This document shows positions 21,559 to 33,805 of a stretch of DNA of 64,000 nt, in pieces. The notes under the pieces are model-generated. The model did no database searches, had not been told where the DNA came from, and worked only from the letters and a program-made list of their open reading frames with translations. Source of the stretch: an uncultured SAR86 cluster bacterium (GTDB lineage Bacteria; Pseudomonadota; Gammaproteobacteria; Magnimaribacterales; AG-339-G14); NCBI GenBank assembly GCA_902632605.1, contig CACPDB010000001.1, positions 137,090-201,089 on the forward strand. Direction: 5' to 3'. A program made the translations under genes and the position numbers. Within the stretch, counting starts at the first letter, position 1. Each line of letters opens with the position of its first letter.

Positions 21559-22248
21559 ATGGAATCAAGTGTAGATCAAAGATTATCTTTACTTTTGGAT
21601 GGCGAAGCCTCCGAATTTGAAACGCGAAGACTTGTTGAAGATATTTCTAAAAACCCCCATATTAAGAAGCGCTGGCTTGAGATGAATAAACAAAAATCAG
21701 CGCTTCGAAGAGAACTTTTAATACCAAATCTTGACCTTTCTTCCAAAATCCAAAACGAACTCCAAAAATCTAAAAAAACAAACAACCAAAAACATTACGA
21801 CAACCATTTTAGTTGGGGAAAAATTCCCTATATGAGGACCTGTTCTTATCTTTTTGGCCTCTGTTTTACTCTCTCCTTTGTATTTTTCGAATTTTCCTCT
21901 CAGCCCAATCAATCTTTCCTACAAGTCTCAGCTCCAAAAACTCTAGTTTCTACAATAAATCCTGTAATTCTTGATGATTACGGCAAAAACTTTGGTGGAA
22001 ACCTTCGTAGCTATAAATTTATCTCCAATAATCAATTAGAGGCTAATTATGGAATTAAAGGTTCAAATGCAAATCTTAAGTTAAAATTTTTCCTCAAGGA
22101 TGGCTCTAACACCGTGAAACTATCTTCCATTTCTAATGGCGTCACCATCAATACAAGAAAAGGTGACAAACCAATGATTATAAATCTCTCTAGTGATAAA
22201 TTATCAAATCAAAAATTGATAAGTATTTCTAATTCGATTTTAGAATAA
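21559..22248 (+). CDS. rseA: Anti-sigmaE factor RseA/MucA-like
   Basis: N-terminal LSLLLDGE..FE.RR, central TM segment, position after rpoE. Confidence 0.75.
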   Translation: MESSVDQRLSLLLDGEASEFETRRLVEDISKNPHIKKRWLEMNKQKSALRRELLIPNLDLSSKIQNELQKSKKTNNQKHYDNHFSWGKIPYMRTCSYLFGLCFTLSFVFFEFSSQPNQSFLQVSAPKTLVSTINPVILDDYGKNFGGNLRSYKFISNNQLEANYGIKGSNANLKLKFFLKDGSNTVKLSSISNGVTINTRKGDKPMIINLSSDKLSNQKLISISNSILE

Positions 22249-22262
22249 TAAAAAATTCAACT

Positions 22263-23678
22263 ATGCAAAAAAAATTATTTGTATTTTTTTCTCTTTTCTT
22301 CATTTCAAGCTCAGGTTTGAGCCAATTGAACCAATATGCATCAGACCTTCCCAATTTTGCTTCTCTAGCTGAGCAAGTAACACCTGCTGTTGTAAATGTA
22401 AGCGTGACAAAAGTTATTAAATCTCCAGTCCAAAATGAAATGAGAAGAGGGCCTTTCAACGACCCTTTCTTTGATGACTTTTTTGGTTCTCCTTATAATC
22501 CTCCTAACCGTGATAGAAAAGTTGCATCAGGAGGATCTGGATTCATTATTTCTGAGGACGGTTATATATTAACTAATCACCACGTAATTGAAGATGCTTC
22601 CGAAGTCGTGATAAGTCTTCAAGATAGAAGAGAATTTTCTGCGGAGATCATTGGTAGCGATAAAAAGTCAGATGTTGCTCTTTTGAAGGTTGAAACTAAT
22701 GAAAACCTTCCTTTTTTAAATTTAGGAGATTCCGAAAAGGTGAGAGTTGGCGATTGGGTTATGGCAATCGGATCGCCCTATAGACTAAATGCTACAGTTA
22801 CAGCAGGAATAGTAAGTGCAAAAGCCAGAAGCGTTCCAGGACAAAGTACTTCATATATACCTTTTATTCAATCAGATGTAGCTATCAATCCAGGAAATTC
22901 AGGAGGTCCTTTATTCAATCTTAATGGGGAAGTCATAGGTATTAACGCAATGATTTATTCCAATCGTGGTGGATATATGGGTATTTCCTTCACTATTCCT
23001 ATTAACTATGCCGATGAAATAGTTAAACAAATAAAAGAAAATGGATTTGTCTCTAGAGGCTGGTTGGGTGTAGCAGTTCAGGAAGTTACTAAGGATTTAG
23101 CAGATTCGTTTGGTTTAGATGTACCGCGTGGGGCCTTAATTGGAAGTGTTTTAAAAGATTCTCCAGCAGAAAAGGCCGGGCTAAAAAATGGTGATGTAAT
23201 TATGGATTTTGATGGTCAACAAATAATTTATTCAGGTGATTTACCCCTTATTGTAGGAAGAATCCCTCCTGAAAAAAAAGTGAACGCAACAATATTCAGA
23301 GATGGAAAAAAAGTAACAGTTTCTGTGACTACTGGTAAATTAGATGAAAAAGTTGCTCAAGATACAACCGTTGATAAAAAACAAGAAACCGGAAATATTT
23401 TAGGCATTGCAGTTAAAGATATCGCTTCCTTGACAGATCCAGAACAAAAACAATTGGGCCAAGTTAAAGGAGTCGTGGTATCGAGTGTTTTTCCAGGACC
23501 GGCATCTGAAGCTGGAATCAGAAGAGGAGATATAATCGATAAAATACAGTTTAAGGATATAAGTAACATCAAAGATTATGAAAAAATTTCTAAAACCTTA
23601 AAAAAAGGATCTACTATTGCTCTAAGAATTATCAGAGATAAAAACGGTTCTTTTCTCACCCTTAAAATTCCAAAATAG
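22263..23678 (+). CDS. degP: HtrA/DegP (MucD) serine protease with two PDZ domains
   Basis: Signal peptide, TNHHVI, SDVALL, NPGNSGG, RGWLGV. Confidence 0.92.
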   Translation: MQKKLFVFFSLFFISSSGLSQLNQYASDLPNFASLAEQVTPAVVNVSVTKVIKSPVQNEMRRGPFNDPFFDDFFGSPYNPPNRDRKVASGGSGFIISEDGYILTNHHVIEDASEVVISLQDRREFSAEIIGSDKKSDVALLKVETNENLPFLNLGDSEKVRVGDWVMAIGSPYRLNATVTAGIVSAKARSVPGQSTSYIPFIQSDVAINPGNSGGPLFNLNGEVIGINAMIYSNRGGYMGISFTIPINYADEIVKQIKENGFVSRGWLGVAVQEVTKDLADSFGLDVPRGALIGSVLKDSPAEKAGLKNGDVIMDFDGQQIIYSGDLPLIVGRIPPEKKVNATIFRDGKKVTVSVTTGKLDEKVAQDTTVDKKQETGNILGIAVKDIASLTDPEQKQLGQVKGVVVSSVFPGPASEAGIRRGDIIDKIQFKDISNIKDYEKISKTLKKGSTIALRIIRDKNGSFLTLKIPK

Positions 23679-23692
23679 GACATAATGCCTGC

Positions 23693-25492
23693 ATGTCGAG
23701 CCATGCTTCTATAGATAAGATCAGAAACTTTTGCATCATTGCGCATATTGATCACGGAAAATCCACACTAGCAGATCGTCTCATTGAAATTTGCGAAGGC
23801 TTGAGCGAACGTGAAATGCAAAATCAAGTGTTGGACTCTCTTGATTTAGAAAGAGAAAGAGGCATTACTATCAAAGCTCAGTCGGTATATCTCGAATATG
23901 AGTTGAAAGATGAAAAGTATCAGATCAATTTAATTGATACTCCAGGACATGTAGACTTTGCTTACGAAGTTTCAAGGTCTCTTGCTGCTTGTGAAGGAGC
24001 AATTTTACTTGTCGATGCTTCTCAAGGAGTTGAAGCACAAACTCTTTCTACTTGTTATAACGCCATCGATCAAGGACTGACGATATTTCCCGTATTAAAT
24101 AAAATAGATCTTAAACAATCGGATCCAGAAAGAGTTAAACAAGAGATTGAGGAAATAATTGGCATAGAAGCAAGCGAAGCTCCAGCCATAAGCGCTAAGG
24201 ATGGATTGGGCGTTAAAGATTTGTTGAAAAAAATTATTGAAGGAATTCCTGCTCCAGAAGGTTCTATTGAAGAGCCATTACAGGCTTTAATAATTGACTC
24301 TTGGTTTGATCAATATCTTGGGATTGTCTCTTTGGTAAGAGTTGTAAATGGCAAAATTAATCTTGGCGATAAAATTAAATTTTCATCAAATAACAATGTT
24401 CATTTAGTAGATAAACTAGGAGTCTTTACTCCTAAAAGATTAGAAAAAACTAATCTAGTTGCCGGAGAAGTAGGTTTTATTTGTGCTGGAGTAAGAAGCA
24501 TAAAAGGAGCTCCTGTTGGAGATACTATAGTTTTACCTGAAAAAAATAATTCTCTTCCTGGATTCAAGCCAATAAAACCGCAAGTTTTTGCCGCTCTTTA
24601 TCCCTTAGATTCTGGAGAATTTGAATCATTTCGGGAATCTTTAGAAAAACTCGCTTTAAACGATGCTGCTTTGCAATTTGAGCCAGAGCAGTCACAAGCT
24701 TTAGGATCTGGTTTTAGATGCGGCTTTTTGGGAACGTTGCATATGGAAATCATTATAGAAAGACTACAAAGAGAGCATGGAATAGAGCTTTTAGCTACAG
24801 CGCCGACCGTCGTATATGAGATTCTACTGAAAAATAGTGATGTTATAGAAATTGAAAATCCAAGCAAATATCCCGATCCTAGTTCAATAGAAGAAGTCAG
24901 AGAACCAATAGCTCATGCAACTATTCTTGTCCCCGAAGATTATGTTGGGAATGTTATCTCCCTTTGCGTGGAAAGGAGAGGCATTCAAAAGTCTCTCAGG
25001 TATGTGGGTGGACAAATAGAACTAATTTATGAAATGCCTATGAATGAAATCGTTCTTGATTTTTTTGATAAATTGAAATCAACCAGCAAAGGATATGCTT
25101 CCCTAGACTATGATTTTGTGAGATTTGATCAAAGCGACATCACTAGAATTGATATCTTACTAAATGGTGAAAAGGTTGATGCTCTCAACTTCATGGTACA
25201 TCGCTCAAAAGCTGATTATAAAGGAAGAGAGTTGACTAAAGCTCTCAGAGAAGTCATTCCCAGACAGATGTACGATGTAGCAATTCAAGCAGCAATTGGA
25301 AATAAAATCATATCTCGAGAAACAGTTAAAGCTTATCGTAAAGATGTAACAGCTAAACTTTATGGCGGTGACGTAACGAGAAAGAAGAAACTTTTAGAAA
25401 AACAAAAAGCTGGTAAGAAAAAGATGCGTCAGATTGGAAAAATAGATGTTCCCCAAGAAGCATTTTTATCAGTTTTAAAAGTAAGCAAATAA
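23693..25492 (+). CDS. lepA: Elongation factor 4
   Basis: [35 protein letters not shown]. Confidence 0.97.
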   Translation: MSSHASIDKIRNFCIIAHIDHGKSTLADRLIEICEGLSEREMQNQVLDSLDLERERGITIKAQSVYLEYELKDEKYQINLIDTPGHVDFAYEVSRSLAACEGAILLVDASQGVEAQTLSTCYNAIDQGLTIFPVLNKIDLKQSDPERVKQEIEEIIGIEASEAPAISAKDGLGVKDLLKKIIEGIPAPEGSIEEPLQALIIDSWFDQYLGIVSLVRVVNGKINLGDKIKFSSNNNVHLVDKLGVFTPKRLEKTNLVAGEVGFICAGVRSIKGAPVGDTIVLPEKNNSLPGFKPIKPQVFAALYPLDSGEFESFRESLEKLALNDAALQFEPEQSQALGSGFRCGFLGTLHMEIIIERLQREHGIELLATAPTVVYEILLKNSDVIEIENPSKYPDPSSIEEVREPIAHATILVPEDYVGNVISLCVERRGIQKSLRYVGGQIELIYEMPMNEIVLDFFDKLKSTSKGYASLDYDFVRFDQSDITRIDILLNGEKVDALNFMVHRSKADYKGRELTKALREVIPRQMYDVAIQAAIGNKIISRETVKAYRKDVTAKLYGGDVTRKKKLLEKQKAGKKKMRQIGKIDVPQEAFLSVLKVSK

Positions 25493-25494
25493 TT

Positions 25495-26475
25495 ATGTAT
25501 GAATCAATTTTAATTATTTCAGTAATCATAATTTCTTCCTTGTTTGCAGTCTGGGTTTACTCAGAGAAAAAATTAGACGGTAAATTTTCAAAGACAATTA
25601 GTACTGTTTCTTTCCCTTTTCCTCTTTTAGCTTTATATGCAGTTTTTAAACTTAATATCAGCTTTGGATATATTTTAGTTGCCTTAACTTTGGTCTCACT
25701 TTTAATTTGGTTAATTTCTAGACGAACTGATTTAGTAAATTTACAAAAAGAAGCGCGATCTTTTTTCTTAATCCTTCTTGGCATAACTATTTTTAGATCA
25801 TTTATTTATGAACCTTTTCAAATTCCAACAGAATCAATGATTCCTCAAATTCAAGTTGGAGATTTTTTAGTGGTGGATAAATTTTCTTATGGTCTAAAAA
25901 ATCCCGTAGGAAAATCAACTTGGTTCGAAACCAGGGAGCCAAAAAAAGGAGAGATGGTTGCATTCATTCCAGAACATACTATTTGCAGTTCGCCAATTGA
26001 AAATGCCTACCCAGAAAAAAACTTTGACAGTTCTCAAGAGTATCTTTGGCAGCGTTACAGCGAAGCTTGTACTCCCTTGGGCCTTACTTTTGTAAAAAGA
26101 TTGATAGCTAAAGAAGGAGATGAAGTTATTTATCGTAATAAAGAATTAATAGTTAACGGAAAAAAATTAAAAAGGGAGTTTTTATCTTCAAACGACGATG
26201 AAATTTATTTAAAAGAGTTTTATAAAGACAATGCTTACACGATAAGACTATTAGAAAACTATAGGAATCAACTTACATATGGTGCTGAACGTAAATGGCT
26301 GATACCTAAGGGCTATTATTTCGTAATGGGCGATAATAGAGATAACAGTGCCGACAGTAGAAGCTGGGGATTTGTTCCAAAGCAAAATGTGGTCGGCAAA
26401 CCAGCTTTCATATGGATGCACTGGGAATGCCTGACTTGTCTTCCATCTTTTTCTAGGAATAAATTTTTGAAATAA
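25495..26475 (+). CDS. lepB: Signal peptidase I
   Basis: FQIPTESM (catalytic Ser), FVKRL (catalytic Lys), MGDNRDNSADSR. Confidence 0.93.
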   Translation: MYESILIISVIIISSLFAVWVYSEKKLDGKFSKTISTVSFPFPLLALYAVFKLNISFGYILVALTLVSLLIWLISRRTDLVNLQKEARSFFLILLGITIFRSFIYEPFQIPTESMIPQIQVGDFLVVDKFSYGLKNPVGKSTWFETREPKKGEMVAFIPEHTICSSPIENAYPEKNFDSSQEYLWQRYSEACTPLGLTFVKRLIAKEGDEVIYRNKELIVNGKKLKREFLSSNDDEIYLKEFYKDNAYTIRLLENYRNQLTYGAERKWLIPKGYYFVMGDNRDNSADSRSWGFVPKQNVVGKPAFIWMHWECLTCLPSFSRNKFLK

Positions 26476-26477
26476 GA

Positions 26478-27149
26478 ATGAGTCTAGGCGAGTTAGAAAA
26501 TTCTATTGGTTATAAATTTAAAAATAAGAAACTTTTAGGCGAAGCTATCACGCACAAAAGCATAAACTCTAATTTTAATAATGAAAGATTGGAATTTCTT
26601 GGAGATTCAGTAATTTCACTTGTCGTTTCAGAGGCATTACATTCAGTAGAAGATTCTCTTGATGAAGGAAAATTGAGTATTTACCGCTCTAGAATAGTAA
26701 GCCGATCTTCGCTGAGTAAAGCAGGTCTAAAAATAAAACTAGATAAGTACCTAAAAGCAGGTTCGGCGCTTAAGAATAATCAAAATCTAACAGAAACTAT
26801 TATCGGAAATGCTCTAGAAGCCCTCATCGGAGCTATTTTTCTTGATTCAAATTTTTTAAGAGCAAAAGATATTACCTTGTCTATTTTAGACATAGATTTT
26901 TCTAAACTTTTATTAGATGAACAGAAAGATTCAAAAACTCTTCTTCAGGAATTTTTACAGTCTTTAGATGAAAATTTGCCTGAATACGAAACTATTGAAA
27001 AAAAGAAAAACGGAGAAATTTATTTTGTCTCGAAGGTAACTCTGCCAATACATAATGTTTTTGGCGAAGGACAAGGTAAAAGTAAAAAATTAGCTGAACA
27101 AGAAGCCGCTTCTAATGTTTTAGCCATGCTGAATAAAGATGGAAAATAA
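26478..27149 (+). CDS. rnc: Ribonuclease III
   Basis: NERLEFLGD, EALIGAIFLD, dsRBD KTLLQE...SKKLAEQ. Confidence 0.95.
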   Translation: MSLGELENSIGYKFKNKKLLGEAITHKSINSNFNNERLEFLGDSVISLVVSEALHSVEDSLDEGKLSIYRSRIVSRSSLSKAGLKIKLDKYLKAGSALKNNQNLTETIIGNALEALIGAIFLDSNFLRAKDITLSILDIDFSKLLLDEQKDSKTLLQEFLQSLDENLPEYETIEKKKNGEIYFVSKVTLPIHNVFGEGQGKSKKLAEQEAASNVLAMLNKDGK

Positions 27150-28032
27150 ATTTGGTTTTGTTTCGCTATCAGGCCGAACGAATGTAGGGAAATCAACTTT
27201 GCTAAATTCCTTCTTTCAAAAAAAGATTGCTATTACATCAAGAAAACCTCAGACCACACGTAATCGTATTTTAGGAATTCTCACAGAAAAAAAATCTCAA
27301 ATTGTTTTTCTTGATACACCTGGCATACATCTTGGCTATAAAAGGCAGTTAAACAAAGTCATGAATAAAATTGCCTATCACTGTTATGAAGAGGTAGATC
27401 TTATTCTCTTTTTAATTGATCGTTTTAAGTGGCAAAAGGAAGAAGAAAATATTCTTCAAAGTTTAAAAAAACTTAATAAGCCTGTCGTTTTAGTCATTAA
27501 CAAAATAGACAGATTAAGTGATAAAAATAAGCTATTAGCTTTTATAAAAGATATCAGTGAGAAATTTAATTTTTTATCTATTGTTCCAATATCTGCGCTG
27601 AAAAAGGATAACTTAGAGGAATTAAAAAAAGTAATTTTGAAAAATCTAGAAATTGGTCCGCATCATTTTCCAGAAGATTCTTTAACAGAGTTTTCAGATA
27701 ATTTTTATATTTCAGAAATTATCAGGGAAAAAGCAATCAACAGATTAGGTGATGAGTTACCTTACCGTCTAAACGTTGTTATTGAAAAAATTAATGATTC
27801 AAAAAAGCTTAAGACCATTTATGCAGCCATAATCACTGAGTCACAGAGTCAAAAAGGAATTATCCTTGGCAAGCAGGGTAGTATGATTAAAGCCATTGGG
27901 ACAGCTGCGAGAAAAGAATTAGAAAAAGAGTTTTCAAAAAAAGTGAATCTTCAACTTTGGGTTAAAGCTAACAAAAATTGGACAAATGATATTAACAAAT
28001 TAAAAAAATTTGGGCTTGGAGTTGATTTTTGA
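27139..28032 (+). CDS. era: GTPase Era
   Basis: GRTNVGKST, QTTR, DTPG, NKID, KH domain. Confidence 0.95.
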   Translation: MENKFGFVSLSGRTNVGKSTLLNSFFQKKIAITSRKPQTTRNRILGILTEKKSQIVFLDTPGIHLGYKRQLNKVMNKIAYHCYEEVDLILFLIDRFKWQKEEENILQSLKKLNKPVVLVINKIDRLSDKNKLLAFIKDISEKFNFLSIVPISALKKDNLEELKKVILKNLEIGPHHFPEDSLTEFSDNFYISEIIREKAINRLGDELPYRLNVVIEKINDSKKLKTIYAAIITESQSQKGIILGKQGSMIKAIGTAARKELEKEFSKKVNLQLWVKANKNWTNDINKLKKFGLGVDF

Positions 28033-28719
28033 AATCCTTAGGCGCCAACGAAACAGAAGCAATTCTTTTATTTAGTAGAAAGTTCTCAGAAACTAGTCTA
28101 ATTTGCGAACTCTTTACTAGAAAAAAAGGCAGAGTTTCTGTCATTGCAAAAGGAGCTCGAACAAAAAAAAATAAATTTCAAAATGTTACTGCCCCGAACA
28201 TTTTGGCTAACGTAAATTATTCTGGTAAAAGCGAATTAAAGACTTTGATTTCCTGGGAGGAAATTAAATACTTTCCAATACTTGGGAAAAATTTAAAAAT
28301 CTTACTCTATCTGAATGAATTAATTTTCAGATTAATAGAAAAAGAAAACCAACAAGAAAAAGTTTTTGATGCCTTGATCAATTTTTATAAAACCCTTGAA
28401 TTGGGAGAAACTAAAAGTATTGAAATATCTTTGAGAGAGTTTGAATATTTTTTAATTTGTGAACTTGGCTATGGTTTTAATTTTCAAATTGATGATAGAG
28501 GAAACCACATAAAAAAAGATGGAGTCTACTATTTTCATCCAGCTAAGGGATTTTCAGAAAAACCTTTAAATAATTTTTTAAAAGTCTCTGGAATTGATAT
28601 TATAAATTTTACTAATGGAAAAATTACTTCTTCTTCAGCAAGAAGTAAAATAAAAAAAATTATGCAACTTGCCATTACCTACATTGCTGAAAAACCTATG
28701 AATGCAGGAGTAATATTCA

Positions 28720-28727
<8 letters not shown>
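28029..28727 (+). CDS. recO: DNA repair protein RecO
   Basis: ETSLI..LFT...GRV..IAKGAR, LYLNEL, ELGYG. Follows era. Confidence 0.88.
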
Positions 28728-29750
<1,023 letters not shown>

Positions 29751-30422
29751 ATGACCAATATTTTAGCTATTGAAACCTCTTCGGTTTACTGTTCAATTGG
29801 CTTAGCAAAAAATAAAGAAATATATATTGAGCATTCGCAGGAAGAAAATACTCATGGTAAAAATATTTTTGATTTTATCGATAATCTTCTCAAGAAATCT
29901 CAACTTGAAAAAGAAGAGATAGACTTAATTGCCTTGAGCGTCGGCCCAGGATCCTTTACGGGGTTAAGGGTAGGGTGTTCGGTAGCACAAGGCCTTGCAT
30001 TTGGATTACAAAAGAAAATTTTACCTCTTTCTAGCCTTATGGTTTTAGCTCAAACTGTTTTTTTAGAACATAAAGTCAAAGAACTTTTTATCGTAAGAGA
30101 AGCACATATGAATGACTTATATGTGGGTAAATTTATAAGAAAAAATAATGATTTGGCTATCCCTTTGATCTGGGATGCTGCTATCAAGAAAACAGAACTT
30201 TCTGATTTTATTTCCTCAGATAATAAGGAAGTCATTTGTAGCGATTGTCGTGAGTTTTTAGATTACTTAATTAAGCCTAATCTTATAGAAACAAATAATC
30301 ATGCAAAAGGGTTATTACACTTAGCTAGTCACCTAGATGATTTAGATACAAGATTGAAAAATCCTGAGGAGGTATATCCCACTTACCTTTCAGGTACTGA
30401 TCAATGGAAGAAGGATAAATAA
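29751..30422 (+). CDS. tsaB: tRNA t6A biosynthesis protein TsaB
   Basis: ILAIETS, GPGSFTGLRVG. Confidence 0.92.
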   Translation: MTNILAIETSSVYCSIGLAKNKEIYIEHSQEENTHGKNIFDFIDNLLKKSQLEKEEIDLIALSVGPGSFTGLRVGCSVAQGLAFGLQKKILPLSSLMVLAQTVFLEHKVKELFIVREAHMNDLYVGKFIRKNNDLAIPLIWDAAIKKTELSDFISSDNKEVICSDCREFLDYLIKPNLIETNNHAKGLLHLASHLDDLDTRLKNPEEVYPTYLSGTDQWKKDK

Positions 30423-31199
30423 ATGGAAGTTTTGCAGATTTTAATTTTGTCAATCATACAAGGCTTGACTGAATTTTTGCCCATTTCGAGCTCTGCGCAC
30501 TTAATAATTACATCTTCAATCTTAGGTAAAGAAACCCAATCAATCACTGTAGATATTTTTGCTCATGGCGGAAGTTTATTTGCTGTAATTATCTATTTTA
30601 GAGCAGAACTAGCTGATGCTTTAAAAGATTACAAATTATCTTCAAGCGATTCTTTTTTTAACAAATTATTGTTAGGTTCTTTTCCAATATTGATTACAGG
30701 ATTTTTACTAAGAGATTTCATTTCAGAAAATTTAAGGACTCTAGACATTATCGCTCTATCAACTATTTTTTTTGGCATTCTTCTTTGGGTAGCTGATAGA
30801 GGTTCAAAAGAACAAACACCATATGAATCAGTAACCCTTAAACATGCTTTTTTCATTGGTTTAGCTCAATGTTTGGCTTTGATTCCAGGAACGAGCCGTT
30901 CAGCGATAACAATAATTTGTGCTTTATTTTTAAGTTATTCCAGAACGATTGCATCAAAGTTTGCTTTCATGCTTGCAATTCCTACTTTGAGCATTATTTA
31001 CTTATCTGAAGTTATTGCCTTAGGGATTACCACACCAGAAATAAATTTGCTTGATGTTTTTTTAGTTTCAATCTTTTCGTTTTTGAGTTCTTACTTATGT
31101 ATTGGGATTTTTCTAAACCTCATCGAAAGAATAGGTTTCACACCTTTTGTCATCTATAGACTTTTGCTGGGGATTTTTTTGCTTTTTTTAGCCTACTAA
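30423..31199 (+). CDS. uppP: Undecaprenyl-diphosphatase
   Basis: QGLTEFLPISSSAH, ALIPGTSRS, FVIYR. Confidence 0.95.
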   Translation: MEVLQILILSIIQGLTEFLPISSSAHLIITSSILGKETQSITVDIFAHGGSLFAVIIYFRAELADALKDYKLSSSDSFFNKLLLGSFPILITGFLLRDFISENLRTLDIIALSTIFFGILLWVADRGSKEQTPYESVTLKHAFFIGLAQCLALIPGTSRSAITIICALFLSYSRTIASKFAFMLAIPTLSIIYLSEVIALGITTPEINLLDVFLVSIFSFLSSYLCIGIFLNLIERIGFTPFVIYRLLLGIFLLFLAY

Positions 31200-32039
31200 T
31201 TGTCTTTTAATGCTCCACCCACTATATTTTTGAACTACATAAAAGATATAAGAAATCAATTTAATGATTCTGGGAATCTTTGTTTCTCTTGCAAATACTT
31301 CTTTTTTTAATAAGCTTTCAAACCAATCATTAACATTAGGATGAAGAATGTGTATTGGATATTTTGCAGCTTTAAGTCTTGAAACATAAATAAACCAAGC
31401 AATATCGGGCAAGGTCAGTTCGTTAGACAAAATGTAAGTATTGTGTGAGAGTTTTTCATCTATTTCATCAAGATGAAGTTTGAGATTGAGTAAGGATTTA
31501 GTTGCAACTTCATCAGTGATGCCCTCCTTTTTATAATTCTCCCAAAACTCTCTATTTACATCATCTTCTGAGTCTGAATTTCCGTGTAAGGTAGCTTTTG
31601 ATTCTGATTTCTCTTGAATTTTTACTTTATTCAAGAATTTTGGAACTAAGAATTTAAACGTAACATTTCGGATATCTAAATGAAGGTTATTTTCTTCAAT
31701 CATCATCTTGTTTATTTCTTCTTCTTTATCTGCAGGTATCAAACTCTTGGCTGGAAATTTATTGTCCAAATACTTAAGGATGTCATTACTTTCGATATGA
31801 ACTTCTCCGTCATCAATCAATACAGGGACCAATGATCTTGGAGTAATTCCTTGAAAGTAAGGAGAAAAGTTTTCTTTTTTTTGCAGATTTATGTGATGAC
31901 CTATGTAATCAATATTTTTTAAACCCATAAAAATTCTTGTTTTCATTGAACATGCAGAAAAAGAGAAATGAAAAAGATGGATCCCTTTCCAAGAAAGGAC
32001 TTCTTTTGTTTTAATATCTTCTTGTCTGAGTTTAACCAT
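31188..32039 (-). CDS. Glutathione S-transferase family protein
   Basis: SACSMK, VPVL, IESNDILKYLD, LTLPDI. Confidence 0.85.
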   Translation of the reverse strand: MVKLRQEDIKTKEVLSWKGIHLFHFSFSACSMKTRIFMGLKNIDYIGHHINLQKKENFSPYFQGITPRSLVPVLIDDGEVHIESNDILKYLDNKFPAKSLIPADKEEEINKMMIEENNLHLDIRNVTFKFLVPKFLNKVKIQEKSESKATLHGNSDSEDDVNREFWENYKKEGITDEVATKSLLNLKLHLDEIDEKLSHNTYILSNELTLPDIAWFIYVSRLKAAKYPIHILHPNVNDWFESLLKKEVFARETKIPRIIKLISYIFYVVQKYSGWSIKRQLVG

Positions 32040-32052
32040 CGTTTTTACTGTT

Positions 32053-32826
32053 ATGAATAATTTTACAGAAAGAAAGCCATTTGTATCTTATCTTTCGAAA
32101 AATGAAATTGGCTTTGCAGAACAATTTGCTTCCAAACACGGCTTAGAATTAATTACGCCAAGAAACTTAAGGATTTCCGAAACACATAAGCAAGTCATTT
32201 GGGCATCAGGCAAAAATCTTGCATTACAAGATTTAGCAATAAAGAACTCAAAACCATTTGTAATCGATTACAAGAATTTTAAAAAAATTATGGCTAAATC
32301 ATCTCTACTAAAGAAATGTTTTTCCAAAAAAGATATTGGCAGAAAAGTGATTGATTTGACCGCGGGATTTTGCATAGATGCTTTAGAAATAAGTTTCCTT
32401 GGGTATTCAGTAACTGCAATAGAGAAAAAATCTTGGTTATATGAATTTACAAATCAATGTCTTCAAAACTCAAAGCATAAAGATTTGCAACATTCCATCA
32501 ATCGAATTGATTTTCTAAATGGCGATTCTTTAGATCTCATGAAAAAATATTCGGACCATGAGATTGTTTATCTGGATCAGATGTTTGAACAAAAAAATGA
32601 TGCAAGAGCTAAGAAAGAAATACAATTTTTAAGAAATTTAGATTTTGAAGAATTTGATTTAAAAAGATTTAGAAAGTCCTTAAAACAAAACAATTTCAAA
32701 AAAATCATTTACAAATCAGCTTTGCATAGCAACATGAGCTCACTTATCAATTTGAAGCCATCTCGTGTTATAAAAGGCAAAGCATTTAAATACAATATAT
32801 TTACTGTTGACCAGGAGAACGAATGA
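32053..32826 (+). CDS. rsmJ: 16S rRNA m2G1516 methyltransferase RsmJ-like
   Basis: VIDLTAGF..DA and VYLDQMF (YLDPMF-like). Divergent. Confidence 0.65.
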   Translation: MNNFTERKPFVSYLSKNEIGFAEQFASKHGLELITPRNLRISETHKQVIWASGKNLALQDLAIKNSKPFVIDYKNFKKIMAKSSLLKKCFSKKDIGRKVIDLTAGFCIDALEISFLGYSVTAIEKKSWLYEFTNQCLQNSKHKDLQHSINRIDFLNGDSLDLMKKYSDHEIVYLDQMFEQKNDARAKKEIQFLRNLDFEEFDLKRFRKSLKQNNFKKIIYKSALHSNMSSLINLKPSRVIKGKAFKYNIFTVDQENE

Positions 32827-33191
32827 ATTATCAAAAAGATGTATCTAACTTTATGACCTTAGGAGAACAAAAAATAGCTTCAGATCTAAACCTTAAAAAT
32901 GAGCAAACTCAGCTTTATATGAATTTGATCAGAGAGGAGTTCGAAGAGACCGCTAAGGCATTTAATGAAGAAGACTTGGTTGAGGTTGCGGATGGTCTTG
33001 CAGATATGGTTTGGGTCATTATGGGTATGTGCAATAGTATCGGCATAGATTTTGATAAGATTTGGGAAGAGGTAAAAAGCTCAAATATGAGTAAATTTGT
33101 TGATGGAAAATTCATCAAAAATGATGCAGGAAAAATAATGAAGCCTGAGACTTATTTCAAACCAAATATCAAAAAAGCTTTGGGTTTATAG
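32823..33191 (+). CDS. MazG-like NTP pyrophosphohydrolase
   Basis: LIREEFEE, EVADGLAD, SNMSK, GKIMKP. Confidence 0.8.
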   Translation: MNYQKDVSNFMTLGEQKIASDLNLKNEQTQLYMNLIREEFEETAKAFNEEDLVEVADGLADMVWVIMGMCNSIGIDFDKIWEEVKSSNMSKFVDGKFIKNDAGKIMKPETYFKPNIKKALGL

Positions 33192-33193
33192 TC

Positions 33194-33216
33194 CATGCCG
33201 CCTTATCGGCGGCATG
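33194..33216. terminator. Hairpin between convergent genes
   Basis: CATGCCGCC-ttatc-GGCGGCATG. Confidence 0.65.
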
Positions 33217-33228
33217 TCTTTGGAGAGA

Positions 33229-33675
33229 TTATTCTGAAATTAATTCGCCTGAATTAATATGAATAATTTTTGCTTTTTCAGAATCTGGAATAATCCTTTC
33301 TAGATTTATTTTTAATAAACCGTTTTTTAGGTCTGCGGTTTTTACAACAACCTCAGGCGCAAGAGAGAACTGTAATTTAAACGCTCTCGCAGCAATACCT
33401 TGGTGTAGGACTTCTCCTGAAGAATTTTTAGAACCTTCATGAGAGATGCTTAAGTTATTTTCCTTAGTTTCGACGGTTAAATCCTCTTCACTAAGACCTG
33501 CAACAGCAACCTCGATGGTAATTTCATTCCCTTCGCGTTTGATATTGTAAGGTGGATAAGACCTTGAATCTTCTCCTATCTCACTGAATGTTCTCAATGA
33601 ATCGAACAAACTGTCAAATCCTAAAAATCTCGTCGAGAAGAAAGGATCTGATAAATTTAACAAACTATTTTTCAT
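33229..33675 (-). CDS. Small heat shock protein (Hsp20/IbpA family)
   Basis: GFD.LF, SYPPYNI, AVAG, LHQGIAAR.F, NGLL.I.L. Confidence 0.93.
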   Translation of the reverse strand: MKNSLLNLSDPFFSTRFLGFDSLFDSLRTFSEIGEDSRSYPPYNIKREGNEITIEVAVAGLSEEDLTVETKENNLSISHEGSKNSSGEVLHQGIAARAFKLQFSLAPEVVVKTADLKNGLLKINLERIIPDSEKAKIIHINSGELISE

Positions 33676-33767
33676 AATAAACTCCTTAATTTAAGCAAGT
33701 TAATAAAAAGACACCCCATTCGAGCATGTCAACCAGTGAAAAGATTCCATCACGGCAATCTTTCTCA
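33676..33767 (-). promoter_or_regulatory. ROSE-like RNA thermometer (hsp20 5'UTR)
   Basis: Three hairpins. The last, AACUUGCUUAAAUUAAGGAGUU, pairs UUGCU with the AGGA SD. Confidence 0.75.
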
Positions 33768-33774
33768 ATATTTT

Positions 33775-33802
33775 ATATGGAGATATTTTTTATTTTTTCA
33801 AG
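33775..33802 (-). promoter_or_regulatory. Sigma32 promoter
   Basis: CTTGAAA-N13-CTCCATAT upstream of hsp20. Confidence 0.8.
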
Positions 33803-33805
33803 ACT

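Noticed and set aside
32823-33675. MazG-like gene plus hsp20 as a phage auxiliary-gene remnant
   Set aside because: No phage genes nearby. hsp20 has host sigma32/ROSE control and the MazG-like gene is coupled to rsmJ.
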